Made by a program: the position numbers and the translations under genes. The notes under the pieces are model-generated. The model was not told the origin of the DNA. It made no database searches and saw nothing but the letters and a program-made list of their open reading frames with translations. Positions 15,760 to 31,089 of a stretch of 64,000 bases of DNA are shown here, piece by piece. This DNA is from the human T2T-CHM13v2.0 reference genome, Homo sapiens: assembly GCF_009914755.1 (NCBI RefSeq), contig NC_060928.1; one strand, given 5' to 3'. Within the stretch, counting starts at the first letter, position 1; each line of letters starts with the position of its first letter.

Positions 15760-16525
15760 TCAAAAGCAGCGGGTTGAAAAGTAGGGATTTAAAAAAAAAA
15801 AGCATGCCACAGAAAAGCTTTATTAGAGGCTAATACCTTTTGATGAAGGAACTATACATCTAGAAATTAGGCCCTGAATTTGTAGGTCATTTGTCAGATT
15901 CTTCTTAGATATTAAATCCCTAATGTGAATTAGTTTTTCAGATTAGCTAGTTACCCCAAAATAGCAGTGTCAATAAGGAAAGAAGAGGTTTGAGGGCATT
16001 TCATCTTTTAACCCGGAAAGGTCAGACCCTTGCCAAGCTTCTTGGTGAGAATGGGTGAGAATAAATCATGAAAAGAAGACAAGAGGTAGAACAAAGGAAA
16101 AACATAAAACCAACCAGTTATACATCTTAGCTTGTTCTCTAATTCTGCCCTTCTAACTATGCCACCCACTCAAAGCCTTTATCCTAAGCTTTTTCCAGTC
16201 CTAAGGGCGCTTTCATTTCTGTCACCTTCTCCCTTTACCATCTTTCCACCAAGAACATCCTGTTATTAACCATCACAACGAATCTGCTTTCTTTTCCAGC
16301 ACTGATCTCTCCGATCTTCTCCTCCCTACACTGTTGACTGGGTATGGAAGTTAGAACTAGGTTACTGATAACACTAGGAGCTGCGGGCCTGGAAATCCTG
16401 AGTTCAGCCCAGTGACAGTCTGTGGCCTGGGATTCCTCCTGGGCCCAAGCAAAGAGAACTATTCACTCCACAGCTGCCAGAGGCTTTTTTTTTTTTTTTT
16501 TAATACTTGAGAACATTTAAGTTGT

Positions 16526-16975
16526 TGTGATGGTTAATATTGAGTGTCAACTTGATTGGATTGAAAGATGCAAAGTATCGCTCCTGGGTGTGTCCATGAC
16601 GGTGTTGCCAAAGGAGATTAACATTTGGGTCAGTGGACTGGGAAAGGCAGACCCACCCTCAATCTGGATGGGCACAATCTAATCAGCTGCCAGCACAACC
16701 AGAATAAAAGCAGGCAGAAGAACTTGGAAAGACTAGACTGGTTTAGTCTTCTGGCCTACATCCTTCTCCCGTACTGGATGCTTCCTGCCCTCGAACATTG
16801 GACTCCAAGTTCTTCAGCTTTGGGACTCAGACTGCCTTCCTTTCCCCTCAGCTTGCAGACGGCCTATTATGGGACCTCAGCTTGTGATCGTGAGTCAGTA
16901 CTCCTTAATAAACTCCCTTTTATATATACATCTATCCTATTAGTTCTGTCCCTCTAGAGAACCCTGACTAATACA
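16526..16975 (+). mobile_element. MLT2A solo LTR (HERV-L)
   Basis: tgtgatggttaatattgagtgtcaacttgattgg ... gaaccctgactaataca; near-TSD gttgt/attgt. Confidence 0.88.
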
Positions 16976-18580
16976 ATTGTGTTACAGGGTGGGCTTTGGC
17001 CAAAACAAAACAGAACATGGAGTAGGAAGACAGAATAGGGTCTCTGCCTGCCCACATGGGAACAGGTTTCCCCTTGGTCATCTACTGGGCATGGTACAAA
17101 GGCCATGTGGATTCCCTGGCCTCTGAACAGAATGCAGTGGCACTCCCACGCTGGAGGCTGAAGTACAGAGTTATGCAGAGGAAGAAAATTTCTTGGAAGA
17201 GAGAAAATTTCCAAATTAAGGTACATTTGAAACACTCGAGGCCATGAATCATAAACTTCAATATTGAAAAACCTCAACTGAAATCACATGAGTCATAAAA
17301 GGAGTTCTCATATTTAGATAAGGATTATCTGGCTTCCAAGCATCCTCTTTCCCCAAATTCAATCAGTTCTCCACGCTATCGCTTTAAAACCAGGCCCAGG
17401 TTTTCACCTTTTAGCACCTTCCCTAATTCTAAGGATTTTATAATTTTTCCAAAAATCTATTTGACTTAAGGGCAGAAATGCTACTTTATTTATACATTGT
17501 TTATACTCTCTTCTACTTCTAAAATTACTTTGAGAGATCACATCCACTGAGCGCTGTGGCTTTTTGAACTTGTTAACCCTTTCCTAGATGTTAAGGTACA
17601 CTTATGGTATAGCAAGTGACATGAAGAGAGGAACAGCTTGTTGTTGCTATTGTTTTTAAGGAAGTGAATGAAGCATCAATACACCACCTCAGAATGACCA
17701 TAAAAGAGCGTTCAATGTATATGAGCCTCACGTTACAACTTGGCCACACACTGCTAGTGGGTATATAAATAATACAAGTTATCTGGAAAGCAATTTGACA
17801 GCATGCGTTGGGAACCCTAACAATGTTCACGTACAGCCTGTAGCCCAGCACATAGATTTTAGAGATCCAGTTTAAGATAAGAAACAAGACGTTATCCCAT
17901 TTTTTTTTTAATATAGCAAAGGTACCTAAAACAACCTAAACCACACAAATAAGGAAATGATTACATAAATTATTGGACATCCACGTGCCATCTGCCTGGT
18001 TATGTCTCTAAGGCCATACATAATGCTTGATACATGCTAAGATCTCAGTAAATATTTAATAAATTTATGATCAAATGAAATAAAATGTAGCTAGGAAAAT
18101 GTTTTCAAAGAATATTAAAGTGTATGAGGAAATAAGCATGATTCTATCTTTTCAAAAATAGTAAAAAGATTGAAAGGAAATATACTAATGCTGACAAAGG
18201 TCAACTCTAATTAATTTCAGTAATTTTTTCTTATTAACATTTCCACTCTGGAAACTGTTCTGCTTATGTCCTGAATGAATGGACATGATCTGTATTTCAA
18301 AGTCAGCTAATCTGTGATTTATTTCAAATCAATTCAATTATGCTTATGTAATTTATGTACATAAGCCTATGTAACTCCATTCACACAGTACCTTCAGGAA
18401 AAATATATTATAGAGATTAATTCTCAGTCTTTTACCACATCAGGCAATTGAGTTAAGGATATTTTAGCACCCCCTTCAAAGAATCATGAAAGATATCCAT
18501 TAATCTTCAAAATGCCTTACATAATTAGGAAAATGAAAAGTTTCTGATTTTCCACATTCACAAAATAAACATTTACTTAC

Positions 18581-18646
18581 TCATATTGATCTAAGTTGTT
18601 TGATTTCTTTCCCGTTACGTAATTACTTGGGATATATCCTTCATTC
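18581..18646 (-). CDS. TEC: TEC exon 8 (66 bp), SH3 C-terminal half NEGYIPSNYVTGKKSNNLDQY
   Basis: SH3 GYIPSNYV motif; acceptor ctag|G, donor GA|gtaagt. Confidence 0.97.
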
Positions 18647-19604
18647 CTAGAAATAAGAAAAATACTTTAGGTAAACTTACTTTACTGGGAGGTTACTGAA
18701 AGAAAGAAAGAAAGATTATTGCCTTTTGAAATAAAGCATGACATTGCTTAAAGCTTATAAGAAAGACTAGCTGACCCCCCAAAATGCAGTATCTGTAATT
18801 CACTTGACATTTTACAAAGTACTTTCACTTTTGGTCTCCATAAAAATTCTGCGGTAGGCAGGCATTATTGTACCTATTTTCTGGTGGGGAAACTAAAGCT
18901 TAGAAAGCTTATAGGATTTTTTTTCCCAAAGGTCCTAAAGTTAGCCAGCAACAGGGCCAGAACTCAAACTCTGGACTTGTGACTAGCTCCTGTGCTCCTC
19001 CAACATTCCACAATACTTCTCCAGAATTCACAGTTTTGCTGATATGTGTTAAAGAAACCATTACTTGAGAAAAGTTAAAGTGTTGGATTAAAAATACCCA
19101 CCACTCTAATACCTCAATAGTTCTTATAGAATAGTTTCACAAAGGATAATTCCTGGCCTTTCGGTCAGTATCATTTGGGGCACCTGTTAAAACAGCAAAT
19201 TCTTGGGTCATAACCCAATAAATGTGAACTGAGAAGACCTATGTGAGGTCAAAAAATGTCCGATTTTACCCCAAATGACTTTCACACACATCACAATTTA
19301 AGATGCACTCTTATGTAAGTAGGAGCTAAGGTTTTCAGCATAAGAAAACAGATATACATATAAAATTTAAAAATTGAGTAGAAACCTTATAATCTTAAAT
19401 TTGAATTTAAAGTATTAGTAAGAACTCATAATACACACACACACACACACACAAATGTGTGCATACAGGTAGCTCTGTTGCACTGAGAAAGGCCCAGAAG
19501 GAACGGCAATCCAGCAGCAGTTAAGATCTTAGCATTGCCACTGTCTCTAAATACCATTTGTGACTAAAAGGAGCCAGTCCCCCTTAGAAAAATGTCAAAT
19601 TGTG

Positions 19605-19930
<326 letters not shown>

Positions 19931-20099
19931 TCAAATTGTAAGTTTGGCCAGAAAAATAAATACAAGATAACTTGAGCCATTTCACTGAGCCAGAAAGTAG
20001 GAAAGAAAAACTAACAGGATCCTCTACCAAAAACAGCCACCATCGACCTAATTTGGCCAATTCAAGCAAAGAGAATAATGGTGGCAATGGATTGGAACC

Positions 20100-21596
20100 A
20101 AATATATAAGTATCCATAATAACACTAAAAATAAACTGTTGGTTACCATTGTTATCACTAGAGAAAGCTCAGTCATCAACTCATTATTCTGAAAACTAGT
20201 AAAAGTTTAAGAATCCAAATTTCATCTTTCCTTTCCTTCATGAACTAAATGAACTGGTATATGAGGCAGTTCTTCTTTAGAGAACTACTAAATGCAGATG
20301 GAATGACAAAATTAGGAAATCACCATTTTGTAACCCCTAATGAAATAATGACTCTAAGAAAGAATCATTAATGAACCCCCAAATCATCAGGGTAAATACC
20401 AATGAAGAACTTTATGACAGAGGAACAAGTCTGACACCTGAACCACTAAGCAATCTTAGCATTACTAAAAGTAGGACATCCAGAGATCACCTTCTAATGT
20501 GATCAAGCCTCTAGCTCTACTCGCCAGTTCACAAGAAATACAAGAAACACAGGCATATTAAGTGACACCACAAGAAAACAATCTGTTTCATCTAGATTAT
20601 GGCTCATTTTAGTGTTAAATGACCTGCTTTCATCAATAAATCAAAAATGTAGAATAAGAGAAACATAAGAGATATATTAACCAAAATGCAGTGTGTGGGT
20701 CCTGATTTGAATAAACCAACAGTAAAAATAAGTATTAGAGCTAATCGGGGAAACTGGAATTACATAATTGGTTCCATCCTTAGACCTGGGCCAGAGAAGC
20801 TGTTGCTCTAACCCCACACTTTTGAGAGCTCTGCAAAAGTGCGTGTTCCCTCTGACCTGTGTTCCCATGCTCCTTTCTGGGTAACTAGGACCCCAGAACT
20901 CCCTGCTCATTTCCAAGGTCTACATGGGCCTTCTACTGGGTCCATCTTCTAAAAAACAAATTGTGCTGGCTGGCCATGTGCATTCCCTTTCACTGAGGCT
21001 GAAGGTGTGGCCATGATGCGGGGTAGCTTTTGCAAGCCACGCAGTAAGAGTGTGGGTGTACAGGTTGGAAGATCCATATGGTACATGAGAGATAGAGCCA
21101 GGGCAGGAGGGAAGAAAGAAGAGAGGTAGCCCCCAGAGCCAGCTTTCCATGCACTGCAACATTCTGGCACAGAGCTCTAAATCCAAACCGTGCCTTTCTT
21201 GTCACTATGAAAGGGTATTTGTCAAGTTGGAGGATAAAGTTTGCTAGCTTGATTTATAACTCCTAAATACTTAGATATATGTTATGTGGATTTTCATTTG
21301 TACTCTTCCTCCAGGTACAAAAATATTAAGGGAAAGTCTACAGACGATCTTATTTAAAATACTGTTATTAAGAATGATAATGACATGGTGGTGTTTTTTT
21401 TAAGTCTTTAGAATTTAGATTTAGGAGTGAAATAACATGATGACTTGAATTTACTTTTAAATATTCTAGAAAAAAATGGAAGGATTAGACTGGCAAAATG
21501 TTGGTAATTTTTGAAGTCAAGCAAAAAGAGATTCTATTATACTATTATATACTTTTTGGATGCTTGAAAATTTCTACAACAAAAAAAAATTAAAAA
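20100..21596 (+). mobile_element. L1MC-like 3' region, interrupted at about 20761-21340 by an unassigned element
   Basis: L1MC-type 3'UTR motifs ending gcttgaaaatttctacaacaaaaaaaa. Confidence 0.55.
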
Positions 21597-22102
21597 TAGA
21601 AATCAATCTTATACAGCATCCGATAAAGAGAAGCAGTGACAACCTTCCTGTAAACATGGAATAAAAGGTTAAGAGTTGCAAATAAGTTAATAATGCACAG
21701 CAAAACAGCACTCATATATGCACCATGCCTAGGAATCAAGCAGAAGAAAAGGACCCCGCCTAAACTAGAGGTTTCCACTGCTTCTCCAGAAGTGAACTGA
21801 GGAACAGTGACTTGAAATTGGGGCTGGGGCTGGGAGGTGAGAGGGCAGGTGGAAGAAGAGTGTGCTCTGGCAGGACAAAAAGTTCTCCTCTTCTCATCCA
21901 CTGGAACTCAGAGTATAAGTGGGATTGCACTGCAGAGGTAAACACAGGATACAGAGTTTGCTTATGAAGCCTGCAAGATACTCATCCCCTACAGTTACCC
22001 CTATCTGCCCATATATTTATCAATGATAGGGTTGAAAGGACTGTTTTCTTTAAATCCTAAATTAACTTGTACAAAAAAAAGCTTGCTGTTTAATTTCCTG
22101 CA

Positions 22103-22283
22103 TGTACATATATGTATTTTATATATACATACACAAACACATATACACACATATAGACACACACATATACATATATATATATTCTCTTATTCCTCCATAT
22201 ATTCATGGAGAGAGAGAAAGAAGTGAGAAGAGGCTTCATTATACTGTGTATGTGTATGCATACACACACGCACATATACATAC
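22103..22283. repeat. (TA/CA)n low-complexity repeat
   Basis: Direct reading. Confidence 0.85.
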
Positions 22284-22659
22284 GTATATATAGAGAGAGA
22301 GAGTCTAAGAAAAAAATTACAATAAACTCTTAGAAAAATCTAAGATTACTTACTTATGGCAGGTGGGGACAAAATATAAAATTTAATTTCCCTCAAGGTC
22401 AAAATAATCACATTAAACATGTATCAGATGAGAAAGAGACCAATGTATTCTAACTTTTGAAAAGAAGTGATTGATCAATTTGCATTTACTGAGTGACCAC
22501 TAAGAAAGGACTGTGTTACTACCAAGTAATAAGGTGTGCTTCCATTTATGGCTGGTGAAATTAGTCTCATTACACGATAGTTACGACTTATCTACTTCTC
22601 ACTCAACACTTGACTCCCACCTACCCACTGCATGTCACACACATAGAGGGAATACTTAC

Positions 22660-22835
22660 CCATATTTATCTCTTGCTCTCCACCAATGAACATCATTCTT
22701 TTCTAAAATGAGATACTCTTGGCCTCTCTCTAATCTGAGATCATGTCCTTCTGCTGCTTGGAAATCATACATGGCTACAACGATTTCTTCACTATTATCT
22801 TCTTCTTCTAGTGGAATTGGTGGGGGAGGCCTTCG
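22660..22835 (-). CDS. TEC: TEC exon 7 (176 bp), proline-rich region and SH3 [58 protein letters not shown]
   Basis: SH3 ALYDF-like and WW motifs; acceptor tctag|CGA, donor GG|gtaagt. Confidence 0.97.
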
Positions 22836-23467
22836 CTAGACAAGGAAGATAACATTTGAAAGTTTAGTCTTCTATATGAAACTGATCATGAATCAAAACA
22901 CTAAATGAGTCATACATCACCACAGAATAAACTAGAAACTTCAAGTCTACTTACTATAATCCAACAAACTCTCATGAAGAAGAGTATTATAATTCCTGTT
23001 TCATAACTAAGGTAACAATGATTTAATTAACCCACTCAAAGTCACTCATATCAGATCAAGTCTTGAATGAGTCCAAAGTGCATGTTTCCTCCACTATACC
23101 CCACTCCTGAAAGGCATATCATTATATCAGTGAAGTCACTTCTTTGTCACACTGTGGTCTTAAGACTGAAATATTTATCTAAATCCCACTCCTCTTAATA
23201 CAACTCTTTAAGTGAAAATAGAGGCAAAATGCCAGATGATAACAGGATCTCCAATGATAAAATCTCATACAATTAAATTGGTATTATTTGACACCACAAA
23301 AAATTGAAATAAGCTACAGCACATCTGCTTCTGAGACGATCCTAGGGAAAAATTGTGTCACATCAATGAATAAACCGCATACTCAGTAAGTCACAAACAC
23401 TACCAAAACTTAAGACTTAAAGGCTTAAAATGTAAAGATTAACTATCAAAAGCTAAAGACCACCTAC

Positions 23468-23508
23468 CTTCTTTGTTTCTGGTGCTGGAGGTAGTGCTTT
23501 TCTTATAC
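23468..23508 (-). CDS. TEC: TEC exon 6 (41 bp), IRKALPPAPETKK
   Basis: Acceptor ttcag|GT, donor AAG|gtaggt; frame consistent with exons 5 and 7. Confidence 0.95.
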
Positions 23509-23859
23509 CTGAAAATGCCAACAACAAAAACAGGTTAAAATGCTATCTACCAATAATTGATAAAAATAAGATATGGGTAGTTTTAAGGAAAAGTGGAAGT
23601 TAACACATAGACAAGCAGCACACTCTGACCAACTCTGGTGTATGCTGCTTGTATCTCTATTCTAGAACAGAATTAAAAACTGCTATTATAGCTGGTTTGT
23701 ATTTCTGCCTTTCTGAACGCACAATAAATGCCACAGGGATTGAAGCCAGGCCAGTTCTTTGTATTCCTACCACTGCATAAACTGGGCACTCAATAATGCT
23801 CATGGAATCAAACATTGAAATCATGACAACACTGAGAAATTAATCAGCTTTGGCTGTCC

Positions 23860-24245
23860 ATTCCTCTACAGTCCACAGTCCTAGAGTTTTGGCTGACACA
23901 TGGCTACCCAAGATAAAGAATGTTTCCCAGCTAGGTGTGGCAATGGGACCAAATTCTAATCAAAGGATTCTGTGTACAAAGGGGGTGTGCCATTTTTAGA
24001 TCTCATCCCTAAAAGGATTCCCCATGGGCATCCTTGACCCCCTTCTTTCTGCTTCCAGGAAGAGAGAGACTGCTAGAGCTGGAGCAACCAGAGGAACCAC
24101 TGCAGGAATACCCCCAGCCCCGGGTCACCCACCTTTCACCTCTGGGTTATTACATGAGACTGAAATAAATTTCTCTCTAGTTTAAGTCACTGTAACTTTT
24201 GGGTCCCTTTTTACAGCAGGTCAGACTGTGCATTCACTAATACCA
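23860..24245 (+). mobile_element. Old MLT1 (MaLR) LTR
   Basis: tttcccagctaggtgtggc ... aataaatttctctctagtttaagtcactg ... ctaata. Confidence 0.6.
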
Positions 24246-25129
24246 AACCTTAAGACATTAAAAAAAAAATAAGGAACAATAACAGCCTTAGAAACTTGGG
24301 CTTCCTCTTTAATGTGCTAAGTTAATGTGAGGATATCCCAAGAGAATCAGGGTGCCAGGACTCATAGAACTGAGGGCTAGATGGACTGAGAAGGTCATCT
24401 GATCTGGCCTCGTTCATAATACAGCATCCCTGCCAAGTAGTAGTTCTGCTCATATCCAGAAGCTCTGTCAGTTCTGATGGACCCAGTGAGCATTCTGCAT
24501 GGCACCAGCAGGAAACGGTATATCCAATCATTACTATGGGTGTCCTACTACAGCACTAGTAACTTAACAATCTCCATGTATTTTTAGCTTATGACTAAGG
24601 GTCTCTCATTCCCAGGATTTATAAAGGTTTTAGGTGTCAAAATTAACCTTAGACATTGTTCATCTCAACATTTACATGTGAGTATCATTATGACATGTTA
24701 CTGTTCTAACAGACTGAAGCCACTACTGAAATCCATACTGCTATACCCCATCAAAATGAGAACAGCCCTAATCAGACTGTGGATGCACTGCTACACGAGG
24801 TTTCTAGCTCCACATCTTGGTTTATTTGTTGAAGAACATTAATGCTTTTCAAAGCTGCTGACAGTGCCACATTAGGCTCACACTTTCAATGGATTCATTT
24901 TGAACAAGATTCAATATTGTGATAAAAGCTTCCCAAAATAGACCTTCTGATTCCACGAGAAGGTCTCACTGTAACTAAATATAATTTTTCTTACAAAACA
25001 CACCTACCCTACATTTTCACTGTACTAGAAAGTGTGCTGTACTTAATCAAAACCATGTCACTTTCTTACCATACCAATAATATGTTCATTCTAAGCACAA
25101 TATAATTATGGAATAAAATGAATACTTAC

Positions 25130-25258
25130 TACTCTCAAAAAGATTGTATTTTTCACATCCGGGTGCTAATTTTTCAGTTTGTCTACAACACTGATAACTT
25201 CCATCTGTCCAGAATTTAGGATGATATTTAATCATAATATTATTGTTGTTCTTTATTT
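25130..25258 (-). CDS. TEC: TEC exon 5 (129 bp), Btk zinc-binding motif [42 protein letters not shown]
   Basis: His/Cys-Cys/Cys Btk motif; acceptor tacag|AA, donor A|gtaagt. Confidence 0.97.
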
Positions 25259-25650
25259 CTGTAATTCACAGATATAGTAATTAATAGTGAAATACAAAAG
25301 CAACTACAGAATGTTTCATAAATAACAGTGTCGATCATTACTTATTTCTTGGACACTATGTTTACTATAAGAACACCCTTAGATCACAGGACTCAGCATT
25401 CAGAAAAGCTCTATAGTTCTCTTTGACCTCTTCTTTTTTTGTGTGTGAAGCACCCTTGTTAGCAGAAATGACTGCTGCTACACCAATGATGGATAAATGC
25501 AAAAGTCAACCTGCCACCATTTTGTTCTTCAGGAGAAGCAATGAGGACTATGCAGGACAAATCATCCATTTAAACCCTTCATGAATATGTCATTCCATCC
25601 ACACCAAATATTGACTACATGGGCACTTTGTTAGAAAATACCAAATCCTG

Positions 25651-25982
<332 letters not shown>

Positions 25983-26249
25983 TTATCACCTTCAGATATA
26001 TTACACATTAAATGAGAGCGTGCTTTTCTTAGAAACTATATGCTACTAGAAAAAAATCAGATTTTAAAAAGGAAAGTTATCTTCAATATGCTGGTATAAC
26101 TTACAACAACAGCATATCCTTGGAGAAACACTTACTGTAGATTAAGAGATTACAAATGCAATAGATACATTAGCTGTATTTCTGTCTTAATGATAACAAT
26201 ATTACATCTCCTAAAATTATATACAGAGTAATATTTCATTGAGTTTTAC

Positions 26250-26331
26250 CTTCTTTTAACTTCTTCACCCACAGGTCCCTGCTTTGTGGACTAGGTGCAA
26301 AAATGTAAAGTGTGTTAGCATCATGAACAAC
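26250..26331 (-). CDS. TEC: TEC exon 4 (82 bp), PH domain [27 protein letters not shown]
   Basis: PH C-terminal helix Trp; acceptor ttttag|GTT, donor G|gtaaaa. Confidence 0.97.
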
Positions 26332-27317
26332 CTAAAATAAAACAAAAGATGGAATTGGTGAAGAGGACTTAGACACAGCACTTCTGTCTAGCACAGAACC
26401 CTTGGTACTACGGACACCAATAAATGATTCTCAAATAACTGAAAGTCAATAACTTCATATCCAGAAAACCCAGGTTACTTTCTTACAAAAGCACAAGTAC
26501 TTCTTCATTTCTACATTAAGTAGAATACACGTTTTGCAAAAGACCATGTTTTATAGAAAAAAATATAAAGGCCAGGATACTTCATTAATCTCAGTATTTC
26601 TTTCAATCCAATTAACTAAACTGTAACAGAGATTCAGTATTTCTCTAAATAATATTTTAGATGAATGGACTACTCCTTCAGCATCACTCTTATAGTTTCC
26701 TTTTGCCACTATCAATAATTGCAGTAGCTAACTGGATTAAGCACTGACTACGCCAGCACTGTGCTGTGTGCTTTACAGACCTTAACTCAATTAATCCTGC
26801 CATCAAGGTACAAGTTTTTCTATTTTATAAATGAGAAAATAAAGGCCTACCCAGGCCCCCACTCCTGTGTAACTTCAGCAGATACCACTCATGCACCATG
26901 CACTGCAGATGCTGTCCCCTGATGTTGCACTGCCTAACCTGCCCATTGCCATTTGGCTGGTAATCCAGAAAGCCAGAATTCAGACTCCAGAGCCCAGCCT
27001 CTTAACCACAGTGCCTCACTTAGAGATAGTCCTTGGTAGGCAATTAGACAGTCTTATTTTTAACATTTCTAATATTATTAATAAGATAACCCTGGGAAAC
27101 TAAGCCAGAAATTTTGTCATTTTATTCTTCATGGTCAGTCACAAGGCAGAAAAACTGTTTAGACTGGCTAAAAAGTTAATACATGGCTAGAAACCTCCCT
27201 TTGTCACGTCCACACCCACTGGATTGAAAACCAAATAGCTCTTTCATTGATAAATGGTTATCACTGACCATATTCAATAGAGAATTCCTTCTTATTCATT
27301 TAAATCAAAGGAATGTA

Positions 27318-27486
27318 CTTTTTTTTTTTTTTCTTAGAGACGGGGTCTTGCTCTGTTGCCCATGCTGGATGGCAGGGGTGGAATTACAGCTCACTACAAC
27401 CTGGAACCCCCTCGGCTCAAGTGATCTTCCCACCTGAGCCTCCAAAGTGCTAGGATTACAGGTGTGAGAGCCACGGTAACCAGCCA
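27318..27486 (-). mobile_element. Internally deleted or monomer-length Alu
   Basis: T-tail, gagacggggtcttgctctgttgcc ... caaagtgctaggattacaggtgtgag. Confidence 0.8.
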
Positions 27487-29273
27487 GAAATGCACTGTAA
27501 TAGTAATGTGAGCACCATAGAACAAATGATGCTATATACCATTCAGCACCTTGCTGGAACTGCATAAGACACAAAAATGAATCGGACATGAAGCCTGTTT
27601 CTAAGACAAATATAGAAATACCTTATTACAAGACAGAAAGTGAGCCATGATATCAGAGCGATAAAGTGCTAAAGGAGATGTGAAGAGATGTGTTTCCTCA
27701 TTTGCTCCATGATTTTCACATGTATGCAGGCTTGCCCACACAACCAACTCTGTACAGAAGGAACCATGCACCGTGAACTAGTCATTCTGAATTGACATTG
27801 AGATGTCTGGAAAAGACTGCTAGGGCCTTGGACCTTCCAGAAACCTGTGGTGTATTGTAATAACAATTTAATTTATTATAATAATTTACTGAGTCCCCAC
27901 AATTGGGCTAGGCACTTTATATGCACTGCCTCATATCATCCATACAGCAATCCAGTTCTTCCTTAGTGTTAGAATCCTCTTTTTTCAAATGACAAAACCA
28001 AAGTGGCTGAGGTTAAGTCATATGAGTAGGATATTTAACCCCCAAATATCCCTTGACTGTTCCCCTCCTGGAATCTGCCTTTCCAGACTCCAAGCAGTCT
28101 AACTTCCCCACAAAACTCATCTCGTGTCAGTACCGTGAGCCTGTGAAACTTCCTTAAAGTTTGTTAGACTAGCTAACCGCCTCCCCCCACCAAAAAAAAC
28201 CTAATCCAAATTCAGAGTTTCGATAACTAAAACTAGCTTGATATATTACCTAGCTAACTTGGGGCATTTGTATTTCTACGAGAAGTTTCTAGGAATAGCG
28301 CCCTGTTTTGGCATCTCAGGTTGTTTGGTAGGCTGAAGAGGTATTTGTGGGCCAGTATCTCCCTGAGCAAACCTCAGATCACACAATGTTGGCCTCTTGG
28401 GGAGAAGGATCCAGGGAGCTGTGTTTCTCGCTGCCTTAATTCTTGTGCTGAGCCATCCTACCACAGCAGAGGCTGCTGGGAGGGAAGAGCTTTGCAAACT
28501 TCAAGTGCAGAAACCATTTAAACAAGGAGGGAATACTCTCCCTCAGTAACACTACCCACTGGTAGTTACCCACCCTCCTATTTATATCTTCCATCCACTC
28601 ATTCATTTATTCCATAGACTTAATAGTGTGGTGTAGGAGAAACAGCACAGACAAAAGGTAGACAGATCTGGGTTTGAAGCCCAGGGAAGACATGCCAGCT
28701 CCTGGGGATCTCCCAGCTGCCATCAGAATGACTCATCTAGAAAAGCATGAAGGAGGAACCATCCCATCTAGGCAGCTGGTGCGGATTCCCCACCATTCTC
28801 TCCATCCATCCTACTTTCTTCTCCCAGTGTCTTTTGAAAATGTCTACTTCTACTTTTATTGTTTTCACTTTGCATCTGAACCTAATGTAAAATTTCACTA
28901 TGAAAATGTGAAACTAGGATCTATACTTTCTTAGTTATACTTAAGTTATAATAAGAGAGGGTATTTTTCACCTTTTAAATCATGCTGCTTTAAATTGTAT
29001 AAAGCTCAAGCTTATCCCTTCTTGATTAATTTTTCAGATTGTTTTCAAACTTTTCTCATATTTATTCATCTCAACAATTTTAATAGTTCAGGGATGGAAT
29101 GCTTTCTGTTCTACTTGTATTATCATTCTTAAAAGCAACCCAAAACTTGCAGAGTGAATCTCTCTTTCTTGGACAGCAAAAATCCTAATGCTGGGTCCAG
29201 AATCATGACAGCCACAGCTCCCCAATGCTGTCAATCCCTAACATGTCTAATAGCCATCAAAGCTGTGGTAGGA

Positions 29274-29618
<345 letters not shown>

Positions 29619-29739
29619 TTAAACATACTTAAGAAGAAGGTTTAAATTTATCTTACTTCTAGATCCAGGTGGTAGGTGTAATATTAGGTGTAATATTAAT
29701 AGCAGCAGCAGTAGTAAGAGAATAGCAATAGTAATAATA

Positions 29740-29950
29740 GCAACTACCACTTACCTTGCTCTGATTATATGTCAAAGCTATTTATATATCACATCAGTTA
29801 ATCCTCACAACAACCCCATGAAATGAGTACTATTATTGTTATTATTCCCATTTTTTAAGAGAGGAAACAGGCACAGAGAGGTTAAGTGACTTACACAAGC
29901 TCACATAGCCAGTAAGCAAATCAGGCAGTTTGGCCTCAGAGTCACCTCTC
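29740..29950 (-). mobile_element. MIR
   Basis: aatcctcacaacaacccc ... gaggaaacaggcacagagaggttaagtgactt. Confidence 0.75.
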
Positions 29951-30984
29951 TAAGCACTTACTGTCCCTGTCCTTCACTCAGAGAAATGGTAGCTATAAAA
30001 TAAGGAACAGGGAAAAGGAAAATTAAATGTAGCCCTTCCTCCATTTGTGATGTTGCCACTCTAGCGGAGAATAAGCCAGGAGCTTGGATATTTTGGCTCA
30101 CTGCTTCCCAAACATCTTCATCCCCCAAAACTGGTAAATGTATAATTCCAATGTAATTGATAACTTCATAAGAGCAATTAAAAACAAGCAAAAATTCCAC
30201 CACATTGAAAAAGACTTTTGCAACTTTCCTTTCAGGACATGGTGAGACCACAGCCATGGGTAAAAAGCGACTTTCACTAGGGACATTCACTGCTCAAGGA
30301 GAGCATAAAAACATCCTTGAGCAGGGAAGGAAGTGGTGAGGTGCTGGGGAGGGGCTGAGAGCTCCAGATTATCAGGATCCAACTCCACATTCCTGAGTTC
30401 TCAAGGCAGGTGGGAACCAAGATACTGGCAGGAATGCGGAGTAGCTCAGGACGCCGGACCCTCCTTTTCCGGAGAGGAGATGCGCATGTGTGTGCTTGGC
30501 AGACTTTTCATTTACAAGGTGACCTTGGAGAAGCTATTTAACAGGTGAGCACTGATTTCCTCAGACATAAATGAGAATAATGAGATATTTACCTCCCTTA
30601 TGCAACAGAACCATTGTCGGGGAAAAAAATAACATGATTACCCCGAAGAAGCATAGTTTAATTAATATATGTCTAATATTATTTTTTTCATCACAAGCAG
30701 CCTTTTAATCTCATTTCCACTTGAGCCTTTCACTTCTCAGTTTCTCAGATTCATAGGGAACACTTCAACCTCACTTTTCAGTCTTAGCCCCGACTCCTTA
30801 AGAATCAGAAAATGTTTCCACAAAGACTTAAGCAGTTCATGAAGAAAAGTCACAACTATTAAAGTGGCAAATGAACCTACAAATCAGCCAATCAGCCAGC
30901 AAAGCAAGGACAGGAAACTGTAATGTCAAAGAGCAAACATGACTAAGCCAAGCACTGCACTGCCACAAAAATACACCAGCTCAC

Positions 30985-31089
30985 CTGAAATGGATACTTA
31001 TTTTGACAGGGAATGACACCATCATCATTCTTCACTATTTCCACACACTTGATTTTTGAAACATCAATAAACCCCTTTCTGTATTTCTT
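30985..31089 (-). CDS. TEC: TEC exon 3 (105 bp), PH domain [35 protein letters not shown]
   Basis: Acceptor taacag|AAG, donor CAG|gtgagc; phase 0 at both ends. Confidence 0.97.
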
